Source of the DNA: Candidatus Woesebacteria bacterium
Lineage (GTDB): Bacteria > Patescibacteriota > Microgenomatia > UBA8517
Assembly: GCA_003484955.1 (NCBI GenBank)
Contig: DMZH01000002.1
Location: 145,700-209,699 of the forward strand
Direction: 5' to 3'
DNA length: 64,000 nt
Numbering within the stretch: the stretch's first letter is position 1; every line of letters begins with the position of its first letter. The notes beneath the pieces were generated by a model. That model had not been told where the DNA came from. It searched no databases and was given only the letters and a program-made list of their open reading frames with translations. Shown piece after piece: positions 19,727 to 28,052 of this stretch. A program made the translations under genes and the position numbers.

Positions 19727-21985
19727 ATGCAAAAAAATAATAGAGTATCAGTTGTTGTTGTTCATTATGGACATGGAAGCGAACTTTTCAGATGTTTAGA
19801 TTCTCTTGCGAAAGTTAAGAGGAAATTTAGATTTACTGAGACTATTTTAGTAGATAACAATGAGGAAAAAATCGATAAAAACAAAATTCTTAAGAATTAC
19901 CCTTGGGTAAGATATATACCTGCCCCCAAAAATTTGGGATGGTGTGAAGGGCACAATTTAGGTTTTAAGTTGGCCAAAGGTGAATATATTTTTTCGCTTG
20001 ATTCAGATGTTCTAATTGATGTTAAATCCTTCAAGAGTATTTATGAAACAATAAGAAATAATCAAAAAATAGGAATCGTTTCCCCACGAGTTAGGAATAT
20101 ATCCGGCGAGCCTTTTTTGGGTGCGACCCTCGAACTGACTCCTTTACGGGGAGTGTTCTATTTGTCGTTTATTAAAAAATCATTTCTCGGCAATTCTATT
20201 GTTAAAGACCACCTAATAAGCGACTGGGATCGAAAGACATCCAGATATGTTGAAGTGGTTCAACTTGGGGCGTTTATTATGAGAAAAGACGCTTACGAAG
20301 ACATGGATGGTTTTGACAAAGATATTTTTTTGTATTTTCATGAAGATGATGTTTCAAAAAGATTGAGAGAAAAGGGATGGAAGCTTTTTTTTGATTCAAA
20401 ATCTGAAGCAATTCATTTGGAATCTAAATGGACGCCCAAAAATACAGCCAAGATAAGGAAAATTTGGGCAAAATGCCGATTCCATTATTTTAAAAAACAT
20501 TACGGTGTTTTATCTGCTCTTTTGGTAGAAACTTTTGCAAGGTTTTCTAAATACTCATTAATTCTAATGGGAATATTTTTTTTGGGTGCTTTCTTAAGAT
20601 TTTACAAAATCCAACCAAACTTAATTTTAAATGGTGAAATGGGGACTGATTATATGAACGTCTGGAACATTATTCACGGGACACGGACATTTCTGATAGG
20701 CCCCCGTACTTCTCACGAATGGTTTTTTATCCCCCCGATATCTTATTGGATCTATACGTTTCTTCTCTTTCTCGGAAAGTATAATCCGGTGATAGTTAAT
20801 ATTTTCTGGGCTTTTGTCGGATCTTCGGCAATTTTGGTTTGCTATTACTACGTTAAAAAGCTTTTTGATGAAAAAGTTGCACTAATTGCATCATTTTTAT
20901 TGGCCGTTTCCCCTACTTGGATCTATTACACAAGGGCGTCCCGATACAACGCCCCTGCAGGGATAATATTTTTCCCTTACCTTTACTACCTTGCAAAATC
21001 AATTAAAAATAACGGAAAAAGTTTGGGCATCCTCGGATTTATATTGGGGCTTTCCATGAGCTTCTTCCCAAGTCCGTTTTTGTTAATTCCGGCGGCAATT
21101 GTGTGTTTTGTTTTTTTTAAAGTTAAACCGCGCTTTAAATATGTTTTATATTCATTCGCAGGATTCCTGATTCCGAATATAACATTTGTCCTGTATGAGA
21201 TATCTGATAAATTCGCAATTACTACTCAAATTTTAAGTTGGATTCCATATAGGATCTTAGGTTTTTTTGGCTTATATCACAAAAATACCGTCAGCTCGCA
21301 GGTTCTATCGCAAAACGTTCTCTCGATTTATAAATTTTTTGAAGAAACATTTGTACCGAGTTCCGTACTCGTATCAGTAATAATATTTAGTTTTATTATA
21401 ATTGGGTCAATTGTTTGGTTTGCGAAATCGCTAAAGAATAAAAACAAAAAAATGGCTTTTATTTTAGTTTTTATAAATCTGGCTGTTTCTTATTTGGGGT
21501 TGTTTGTTCACGGGGATCCTCCTCCGCATTACTATTTGGTGATTTTTCCGGTCCCCTTGATCCTTGCCGGATACATCTTAGTCAAAACTTTTAAAAAGAC
21601 TTCTGTCTTGATTCTTTTTACTTTATTACTTGGTGGTTTAGGAATTTGGAATTTAGATGTCACCAATTGGTTTTATCAGGACAAACCCCTCAGTAGTTAT
21701 TCCGAAAGCCTACCCCCCTATATTGTTCAACTTGCGGCTGTAAATGAAATTCTATTAAATTCAAAGGATGCGGAGTTTTCGGTTGCCAGAATCGGGATGT
21801 ATGACCAGTTTGATAATAATTTTGCAAATAATTATATTTATCTTCTTACAATCCGCGGAGCAAAAGTTAAAAGCGGCGCGAAAGTACAATATACAATAGT
21901 GGAAGACGGTAATGCCGGGAAAACGGCGTTGGGAAGGGAAATTTGGACGGGGGGAGGGTTGCAGATATTTAAACTTACAAAATGA
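19727..21985 (+). CDS. GT2 fused to an ArnT/PMT (GT39-like) membrane glycosyltransferase
   Basis: N-terminal GT2 (NLGW, LDSD, GFD..FLY.HEDD); C-terminal multi-TM domain beginning FLRFY. Confidence 0.8.
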   Translation: MQKNNRVSVVVVHYGHGSELFRCLDSLAKVKRKFRFTETILVDNNEEKIDKNKILKNYPWVRYIPAPKNLGWCEGHNLGFKLAKGEYIFSLDSDVLIDVKSFKSIYETIRNNQKIGIVSPRVRNISGEPFLGATLELTPLRGVFYLSFIKKSFLGNSIVKDHLISDWDRKTSRYVEVVQLGAFIMRKDAYEDMDGFDKDIFLYFHEDDVSKRLREKGWKLFFDSKSEAIHLESKWTPKNTAKIRKIWAKCRFHYFKKHYGVLSALLVETFARFSKYSLILMGIFFLGAFLRFYKIQPNLILNGEMGTDYMNVWNIIHGTRTFLIGPRTSHEWFFIPPISYWIYTFLLFLGKYNPVIVNIFWAFVGSSAILVCYYYVKKLFDEKVALIASFLLAVSPTWIYYTRASRYNAPAGIIFFPYLYYLAKSIKNNGKSLGILGFILGLSMSFFPSPFLLIPAAIVCFVFFKVKPRFKYVLYSFAGFLIPNITFVLYEISDKFAITTQILSWIPYRILGFFGLYHKNTVSSQVLSQNVLSIYKFFEETFVPSSVLVSVIIFSFIIIGSIVWFAKSLKNKNKKMAFILVFINLAVSYLGLFVHGDPPPHYYLVIFPVPLILAGYILVKTFKKTSVLILFTLLLGGLGIWNLDVTNWFYQDKPLSSYSESLPPYIVQLAAVNEILLNSKDAEFSVARIGMYDQFDNNFANNYIYLLTIRGAKVKSGAKVQYTIVEDGNAGKTALGREIWTGGGLQIFKLTK

Positions 21986-22560
21986 TAAATTTTTCGTTAG
22001 TTACTTTAAATAGAAAGAACATTGCAGATTTTGCGAAAGAACGGAATATCCTTTTGGGAAAGTCGAAATTTGATTGGGTTTTATTTTTGGATTCGGATGA
22101 GAAATTATCAAAGGAACTGATAAAAGAAATATCGGATTTGGATGCATCAGGTTATTCCGGATTTTTTATAAAAAGGAAAATTATATTTTTGGGTAGAGAA
22201 ATCGGGGAAGATGTGGTTTTAAGATTGGGTAGGAGAAACTCGGGGAAATGGGTTCGGAAAGTTCACGAAACTTGGAATATAAAAGGTAAAACAGGTTGTC
22301 TTAAAAATTATATTATTCACCATACTGCCGATAATCTACATGAGTATATTGAAAAAATAAATCGGTATTCCGATATACACGCAAAAGAAAATATGCGCGA
22401 AGGCAAAAAATCCAATATTTCAAAAATAATTTTCTACCCTAAAGCAAAATTAATTCAAAATTTATTTCAAGGACGGGGCTTTGTTTTTAGTATGTTACAA
22501 TCTTTTCACTCGTTTTTGGGATGGGTAAAACAATGGGAATTACAAAGAAAATCAAATTAG
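21982..22560 (+). CDS. Short glycosyltransferase family 2
   Basis: DFAKERN, WVLFLDSDE, VHE; N-terminal beta strand reduced. Confidence 0.75.
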   Translation: MINFSLVTLNRKNIADFAKERNILLGKSKFDWVLFLDSDEKLSKELIKEISDLDASGYSGFFIKRKIIFLGREIGEDVVLRLGRRNSGKWVRKVHETWNIKGKTGCLKNYIIHHTADNLHEYIEKINRYSDIHAKENMREGKKSNISKIIFYPKAKLIQNLFQGRGFVFSMLQSFHSFLGWVKQWELQRKSN

Positions 22561-23723
22561 ATAGTTTATTTTCGCTGCAAAGCGTATTTCTTTTTTTGTT
22601 TTTGGCCCTTTTTCCTTTCGGACAAATTATCAGGTTAAGTTTTAATATAGGCAGTTTAAATATACCTCTTCAGCCTATCGACGTTGTGGTTGGATTAGGG
22701 GCGCTTTATTCAATTTTATTTGAAAAAGAAAAACCAAAAGTTTACAAATACCTTAAATATTTTTTGGTAGCTGCGGGTTTCTCATTCATTTTGTCGGTAT
22801 TCATTTTTAAGTACGAAGTTCTTTATGGCCTATTTTATCTGGTCCGTATTGTCGCTTATACATTCTTTTTAAATTATGTTTGGAATTTTGCTAAAAAAAG
22901 CTCTACCAACGGCCATTTACTTTCAAGCAGTCTTTTGACGATTTCGGTTATCTCGGCAGTTTTTGGTTGGATTCAACTTTTTGTTTTTCCGGATATTAAG
23001 CCATTTTTTGTTTACGGTTGGGATATGCACTTGTTCCGCCTGGTGGGCACTTTCCTGGATCCCACATTTTTGGGCCTAATTATAGTTTTCGGATTGTTGC
23101 TATCGATCAATCGATTCATTGATAGTAGAGAAAAAAAGTATTTATTAATTACAGTATTCCTTTTGGTGTCTCTGGCATTTACCTATTCAAGAGCCAGCTA
23201 TCTGGCATTTTTGGGGGGTATCTTTGTCATCGCTTTTACGGAAAAGAAGTTTAGAAAAATGATGGTTTTGGCGATTGCCCTTTTGGTTTTTGCTTTACTC
23301 TTGCCGACGGCAAGAAACCACAGCATAGAGCTGACACGTTCATTTAGTATTATTGCCAGGTTGGACAATTATAAGGAGACAGTTGAGGTGTTTAAAAAAT
23401 TCCCCGTATTTGGAGTCGGGTTTAATAATCTTTGTATAGCCAGAAATAAATATATCGGAATGGAGTCTTTTACCTCTCATGCATGTTCGGGGTCCGACTC
23501 AAGTTTGCTTTTGATTCTTGCAACAACCGGCACAATAGGCCTGATGGTATTCGCGGGAAGCATCCTTGGAGTATTCAAATCTCTAACCGAAAATCGTGAA
23601 GCACAAACTGTAATTGCGGTATCTATGGCACTGTTTATTCATAGTCTGTTTTCCAATTCCTTGTTTTTCCCTTGGGTAATGGGGTATGTTGTAATTCTTC
23701 TTGCGGTCAGCGTTACGAAGTAA
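22521..23723 (+). CDS. O-antigen ligase/polymerase family protein
   Basis: RLVGTFLDP, TYSRAS, FGVGF, many TM segments. Confidence 0.85.
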   Translation: MGKTMGITKKIKLDSLFSLQSVFLFLFLALFPFGQIIRLSFNIGSLNIPLQPIDVVVGLGALYSILFEKEKPKVYKYLKYFLVAAGFSFILSVFIFKYEVLYGLFYLVRIVAYTFFLNYVWNFAKKSSTNGHLLSSSLLTISVISAVFGWIQLFVFPDIKPFFVYGWDMHLFRLVGTFLDPTFLGLIIVFGLLLSINRFIDSREKKYLLITVFLLVSLAFTYSRASYLAFLGGIFVIAFTEKKFRKMMVLAIALLVFALLLPTARNHSIELTRSFSIIARLDNYKETVEVFKKFPVFGVGFNNLCIARNKYIGMESFTSHACSGSDSSLLLILATTGTIGLMVFAGSILGVFKSLTENREAQTVIAVSMALFIHSLFSNSLFFPWVMGYVVILLAVSVTK

Positions 23724-24429
23724 AGTTGAGGCTTATATTTTTTTCAGTAGTATTTCCTGCTTGATCGGTTGACTTTACATTAAAGGTATTCGAGCCTTCA
23801 TTTAGGGTCGTAGTATATTGAAAAATTCCCGAATCGTCAACTGAAATAATTCTGTCATTAATTGTAACTTTGGCGTCAGTTTCGGTCTTTCCTGTGATTG
23901 TAATTTGTCTTTGATTGGATCCAAAATAGCTGGAACCGTCTGAGGGTGAAGTTATTTCCAAATCAGGTGTTTTCTTGTCAAAAGTTATTTGATGGTCATC
24001 TGATTTTTGGCTTTGGTTTCCCGATTGATCGGTGGCGGTTGCCGCAAAAGTATTTATTCCATCCTGCAAGGTTACGCCAAACGAAAATTGTCCATCGTTG
24101 TCAGCCAAGACCTCTTGAGGACTTCCATTAAAAGTAAGTTTTACTGAGGCTCCCGATTCCGTATTACCTGTCAATGTCAGGGTTTGTTGGTTAGTGAATT
24201 CCGGAAAATATTTAAATTTAGGGGGTGGGGGCGGTGTAAAATCGGAGTTGCTGATTTTATTGTTATTACCTCTAAGACTGGAGACAAGTGAGGCAAGTCT
24301 GCCAAGAGCCGGTATTCCGATAAAATAAAGTATCGCAATGGCGGCAATTGTCAGCAATATATAAAAAGTAGCGCTTCTTGTGTTTTTTCTCTCCTCGGAA
24401 TTTATAAACCTTCTTGTAAACTTTTTCAT
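23713..24429 (-). CDS. Membrane-anchored protein with two bacterial Ig-like domains
   Basis: N-terminal TM; repeated G.N.F...ATD.AGN motifs; the native start is probably 24429, because the ATG at 24444 comes from the island arm. Confidence 0.8.
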   Translation of the reverse strand: MKKFTRRFINSEERKNTRSATFYILLTIAAIAILYFIGIPALGRLASLVSSLRGNNNKISNSDFTPPPPPKFKYFPEFTNQQTLTLTGNTESGASVKLTFNGSPQEVLADNDGQFSFGVTLQDGINTFAATATDQSGNQSQKSDDHQITFDKKTPDLEITSPSDGSSYFGSNQRQITITGKTETDAKVTINDRIISVDDSGIFQYTTTLNEGSNTFNVKSTDQAGNTTEKNISLNFTS

Positions 24430-24438
24430 TTTATTTTT

Positions 24439-24625
24439 GAGCATGTTTATAATTTAGCTCGAACTCATTTTACAACAAAATACTAACAATTACATTTGCG
24501 TCAAGAAAAGGGGTTAAAGGGGAAATGAATTGACGCGAATGTCGTGTTGTCGCTCAGTCCCGCTTCGCGGGACTTCGCTAACTCTGTTCTCTTGCTCGCT
24601 CCTTTCAGTCGCTCGCAATACGCCA
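24439..24625 (+). repeat. 187-bp att arm (P), left copy of an inverted repeat
   Basis: Exact reverse complement of 34539-34725 by eye. Confidence 0.95.
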
Positions 24626-25100
24626 AATGGTAAAGGGGTTATTTGTACAACCTTTGGTTGCTCAACATTTTCTCCGTTGCAAAAGTTTTCTGTAATCCGA
24701 GTATTTGCCCACCCACCCTAGAAAGGAGTTGGCGCTGCCCCCTCTGCACTCGCTAGGGCCCCCTATGGGCGGCCTTGCCGATGTTTTACTTTTGTTTATC
24801 TAAGTGTTCAGTATCTTCCTCGCCTCGTGCAAAAAACATTTGCCCCTTCGGGGTTGCACTCGGCTTTTCTCAAACACTTTTAAGTAGCGTTGCTCGTTCC
24901 GGGGGGCGTTCCTTTTTTTCCGCCCCCGCGCTTTTATTTTTTCCCTTTTCGCGCGTGGTCGGCGGAAACCTGCTTCGCAGGATAGCGCCAATGCAGGGAA
25001 CAGAAAACCAATAGGCCAAAATGGTGGAAATTGGCCGATTCTAGCTTCAAATTGGACAAAATCTAAAACAAAGAAGCTTCCACAGTTTTACTTCACAAAC

Positions 25101-25126
25101 ACTTCGCTTTAGTACAAGAGCGAAGT
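25101..25126. repeat. Palindromic motif, copy 1
   Basis: ACTTCGCT-TTAGTACAAG-AGCGAAGT; related copy at 28000-28028. Confidence 0.7.
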
Positions 25127-25137
25127 ATACTAACTGT

Positions 25138-25776
25138 ATGGCAGACGACACACCACAAGACACTACAACAACTCAAGACACACCTGCAGATCAACCAGTA
25201 GTTCAACCCGAACCACCGAAAGTCGAGGAGACTCCTGACGAAATTCCACCAACTGAAACTTCAGCAGAAGAAAAACCAACACCAACAGAAGAACCCAAAC
25301 CAGAAAATCCTCCCGAAGTTCCTGAAATTCCCCGAACTCCCGAAACATCCAAGGAGGAAACTAAAACAGAAGAGAAACCAACAGAAACAAAAGCAGAAGA
25401 ACTAAAAACAGACGAGAAACCCAAAGACGTGTCCGCCGAAGTCTCGACGAAGGTGGAAGAAGTTAAACCAGAAGTACCCGCTCCCGAATCTCCCAAACAA
25501 CCCGAAAAACCTATACCCGCCGAAACTTCAGTGAAGGAGGGCCAACCAAACCTTGACGACTTAAGAGACAAAGCAAACAAAGAGAGACAAGACAGAAAAC
25601 AGGAACATTTATCAGAAGTTGAGAAGTTAGCTAAATCAAAACAAATTAACAATGATGATGTCCGTGAGCTTTTGCACGTTTCCCAAAGTACAGCAACAAA
25701 TTATCTGGAAGAATTGACCAAACAGGGGAAAATCAAGAAGTCTGGGAAGGCAAAAGCTACTTCGTACTCTTCTTAA
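25138..25776 (+). CDS. Pro/Glu/Thr/Lys-rich disordered protein with C-terminal winged HTH
   Basis: Low-complexity N-terminal ~135 aa; INNDDVRELLHVSQSTATNYLEELTKQGKI wHTH. Confidence 0.75.
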   Translation: MADDTPQDTTTTQDTPADQPVVQPEPPKVEETPDEIPPTETSAEEKPTPTEEPKPENPPEVPEIPRTPETSKEETKTEEKPTETKAEELKTDEKPKDVSAEVSTKVEEVKPEVPAPESPKQPEKPIPAETSVKEGQPNLDDLRDKANKERQDRKQEHLSEVEKLAKSKQINNDDVRELLHVSQSTATNYLEELTKQGKIKKSGKAKATSYSS

Positions 25777-26053
25777 CTTTAGTTGTGATTAGTTTAAATC
25801 CGCCTTTACCAAATTTAATAACTTGGCCTATTTTACTTATTGTGGAGGAGCTAACAGGAATTAACTTTTCAATTTCCTCATATGTTTTATCAGCTAGGAT
25901 ATAGTTTGCAATCTTGATTCGTTGGGCAAAATCCAAAGTTTCCTCATCTGTAAATAGATCTTGAATAAATAAGGCCAAATTATTTTTAGTCTTAACTTTG
26001 TAAAACGAATCAACCAGAAGTTCTTGGTCTTTACCCAGTGCCACTTTTGCCAT
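25757..26053 (-). CDS. TrpR-like (YerC/YecD family) protein
   Basis: FIQDLFT.EE...FAQR, TYEEI....VSSSTISKI...K.G.GGF. Confidence 0.85.
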   Translation of the reverse strand: MAKVALGKDQELLVDSFYKVKTKNNLALFIQDLFTDEETLDFAQRIKIANYILADKTYEEIEKLIPVSSSTISKIGQVIKFGKGGFKLITTKVKKSTK

Positions 26054-26109
26054 AATTAACTATATCACGTTAATCCAATCAATTAAATAATTTCTGTCAG
26101 TCATATTTC

Positions 26110-26138
26110 TTGACAAAGTAATTCTTTTCATTTAATAT
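26110..26138 (+). promoter_or_regulatory. Putative promoter of the retron operon
   Basis: TTGACA-17 nt-TAATAT. Confidence 0.55.
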
Positions 26139-26161
26139 GAATTGACCGTTTGATACGGCGC

Positions 26162-26495
26162 ACTTTTAAACAGATATTTATTTTCTTATTTGGAAATCGA
26201 CAGTTGTTTAATTACAACTAAGTACAGGGTAACTTGTACATTAAGGTATTTTTTTAATACCGCAGATGAAAATCTGCCGCTTTTTTCCGGGACATGCACA
26301 GCAAGATGTATATGCATTAAGTTATGTGTCATTGCCAGGATCACAGGCATAATGGGGCTAAGATATGACAGTAGAAATATCGTGGCACGTCAGAAATATT
26401 TAAGGAGGCTCAAGATCTTTCTTTTAGGATTTCCTTTTTAAGACGGGCACTTGGCATTTTTGCCAGGTTAGAAAGGATAAATATGCTGAAAAAGT
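26162..26495 (+). ncRNA. Putative retron msr-msd ncRNA overlapping the start of the small ORF
   Basis: Long-range complementarity 26162-26193/26463-26495 (a1/a2-like), four short hairpins at 26202-26277 (two with GNRA loops), long imperfect stem at 26382-26450; upstream of a retron RT. Confidence 0.7.
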
Positions 26496-26680
26496 ACAAC
26501 CAACTTATTAGTCTTATTGATGAGTTGGCCAAAGACGAAGATCTGAAGCCAGGTAAAAAGGATATACTTAAGAGGGCATTGAAGGAACTGTTCCACGCTC
26601 TTGATACTAAAAATATCAAAGGTGTGAGAAAAGCAATCGATCAGCTCTCAAAAGAACTGCTAATTGTTTACCATCCTTAA
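26483..26680 (+). CDS. Small helical protein, candidate retron effector
   Basis: 65 aa, amphipathic helices, SD-like AGAAAGGA; first gene of the HTH-RT operon. Confidence 0.7.
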   Translation: MLKKYNQLISLIDELAKDEDLKPGKKDILKRALKELFHALDTKNIKGVRKAIDQLSKELLIVYHP

Positions 26681-26713
26681 TTATTTCCATAAGGACCCGT
26701 TTGACGGATTTTT

Positions 26714-27043
26714 ATGGAAGTACCTATTATGAACTACGGAAAAGCACTCAAAATTGCACGCTCCGCGCGAAACATTTCTCAGAAAGATTTAAGTGATGCT
26801 ATTAGTTTGGATCCAAGCTATATTTCGCTTATAGAAAAAGGTAAAAGAATACCGACTATCGAAACTCTTGAGAAAATTGTAAAAAGTCTCAATATCCCAA
26901 TACATCTGTTTTTTCTATTGGCATCTGGCAAGAATCAAATGAAGAAAATGCCGTCTAGTAAAAAGGCGGGGGTAGCAGAGTTGTTGTTGGATCTTCTTCT
27001 TTCCACTGAAAAAAATGAGCACTCTCCAAAAAACAAAAATTAA
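26714..27043 (+). CDS. XRE-family HTH protein (retron-associated)
   Basis: GKALKIARSARNISQKDLS...SYISLIEKGKRIPT; overlaps the RT start; may start at 26729. Confidence 0.92.
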   Translation: MEVPIMNYGKALKIARSARNISQKDLSDAISLDPSYISLIEKGKRIPTIETLEKIVKSLNIPIHLFFLLASGKNQMKKMPSSKKAGVAELLLDLLLSTEKNEHSPKNKN

Positions 27044-27992
27044 ATCAGTTGCTGAACTTTCGCAAACTCTAAAGGTTGGTGTTAAGGAATTCGTCAAAAC
27101 CGCTAAAAATGCAAATTTGTTTTATAGACCATTTGATCTTAGCAAAAAAGGATCTGAAAAATGGAGACACATAGATAATCCAACAGGCAAACTCAAAATA
27201 ATCCAAAAGGCTATAAACAAACAAATTTTGCGCGACTTAATGTTTCAACTTCCACCTAATATCATGGGTGGTATCGAGAACAAATCTATTCTTGAAAATG
27301 CCAAAGTACACGTTGGACAAGAAATGGTTGTCACGATAGATATCAAAAATTGCTTTCCTAAAACAAAAAATGAGGTCATCTTTACCATCTGGAAAAATTT
27401 ATTGGGATTCGAGCCGAATAGTGCAAGGTTATTAACCCAATTAACTACAACAAAGGGACACCTACCTCAAGGTTCCCCTGCGAGTCCATCTTTATCAAAT
27501 CTTGCCCTACTTCCGATTTCAAAAGAAATTTTGAATTATTCAAAAAAACATCATTTGAACTTTACTATATATGTTGACGATATTACATTATCCGGAAAGA
27601 AAAGTTCAGCATTAGATTCAATTAGCCCAGTTGTTAAAATCATTCAAAAATATGGCTATGCAATAAGAAATAAGAAAGTTAAAAAAATGCCTTCATATAA
27701 AACTCAAACGACAACAGGAATCCAACTAAACTCTGAAATTTCCATTGGAAAGCAGAAGATTGATGAAATTAGGAAGGAAATAATTAATCTTGCCAAACTA
27801 CAAAAGCCGTATATCACTAAAAAATCAATTTTTAGCAAAATTGATTATGTAAAAAAAATTTCGCCAGAAAAAGGACAAAAACTACTAGAGTTTGCCAATA
27901 TGATATTGGAGGAAGATATTGATTATATTGCTGTTGATCCAGAAAAAGACGAAAAAAGAGATTGCAATGGAAAGGCCTGCCTAGCTAAATAG
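27015..27992 (+). CDS. Retron-type reverse transcriptase
   Basis: NAKVH (NAxxH region X), IDIKNCFP, LPQGSPASP, YVDD, TTG (VTG-like region Y); no maturase or endonuclease domain. Confidence 0.92.
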   Translation: MSTLQKTKIKSVAELSQTLKVGVKEFVKTAKNANLFYRPFDLSKKGSEKWRHIDNPTGKLKIIQKAINKQILRDLMFQLPPNIMGGIENKSILENAKVHVGQEMVVTIDIKNCFPKTKNEVIFTIWKNLLGFEPNSARLLTQLTTTKGHLPQGSPASPSLSNLALLPISKEILNYSKKHHLNFTIYVDDITLSGKKSSALDSISPVVKIIQKYGYAIRNKKVKKMPSYKTQTTTGIQLNSEISIGKQKIDEIRKEIINLAKLQKPYITKKSIFSKIDYVKKISPEKGQKLLEFANMILEEDIDYIAVDPEKDEKRDCNGKACLAK

Positions 27993-27999
27993 GTCAATT

Positions 28000-28028
28000 A
28001 CTTCGCTTTAGTACATTCGTACAAGAGC
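28000..28028. repeat. Palindromic motif, copy 2 (with internal duplication)
   Basis: ACTTCGCTTTAGTACA-TTCGTACA-AGAGC. Confidence 0.65.
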
Positions 28029-28052
28029 AAAAAGTGCTAAAATACACACATA

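Noticed and set aside
24530-24721. Duplicated small ORFs MTRMSCCRSVPLRG (also 34428-34634)
   Set aside because: By-products of the 187-bp inverted repeat and its palindromes; they diverge as soon as the repeat ends.
25138-25560. Repeat array or CRISPR-like periodicity
   Set aside because: This is low-complexity coding sequence (PE/TEEKP); no constant repeat-spacer structure was seen here or elsewhere in the window.
26190-26441. 83-aa ORF upstream of the retron
   Set aside because: TTG start, no protein-like features, and it coincides with the hairpin-rich putative ncRNA.
27015-27992. RT as part of a group II intron, DGR or CRISPR-associated system
   Set aside because: No maturase/endonuclease domain or intron domain V, no TR/VR repeat pair or Avd gene, and no cas genes; the motifs are retron-type.
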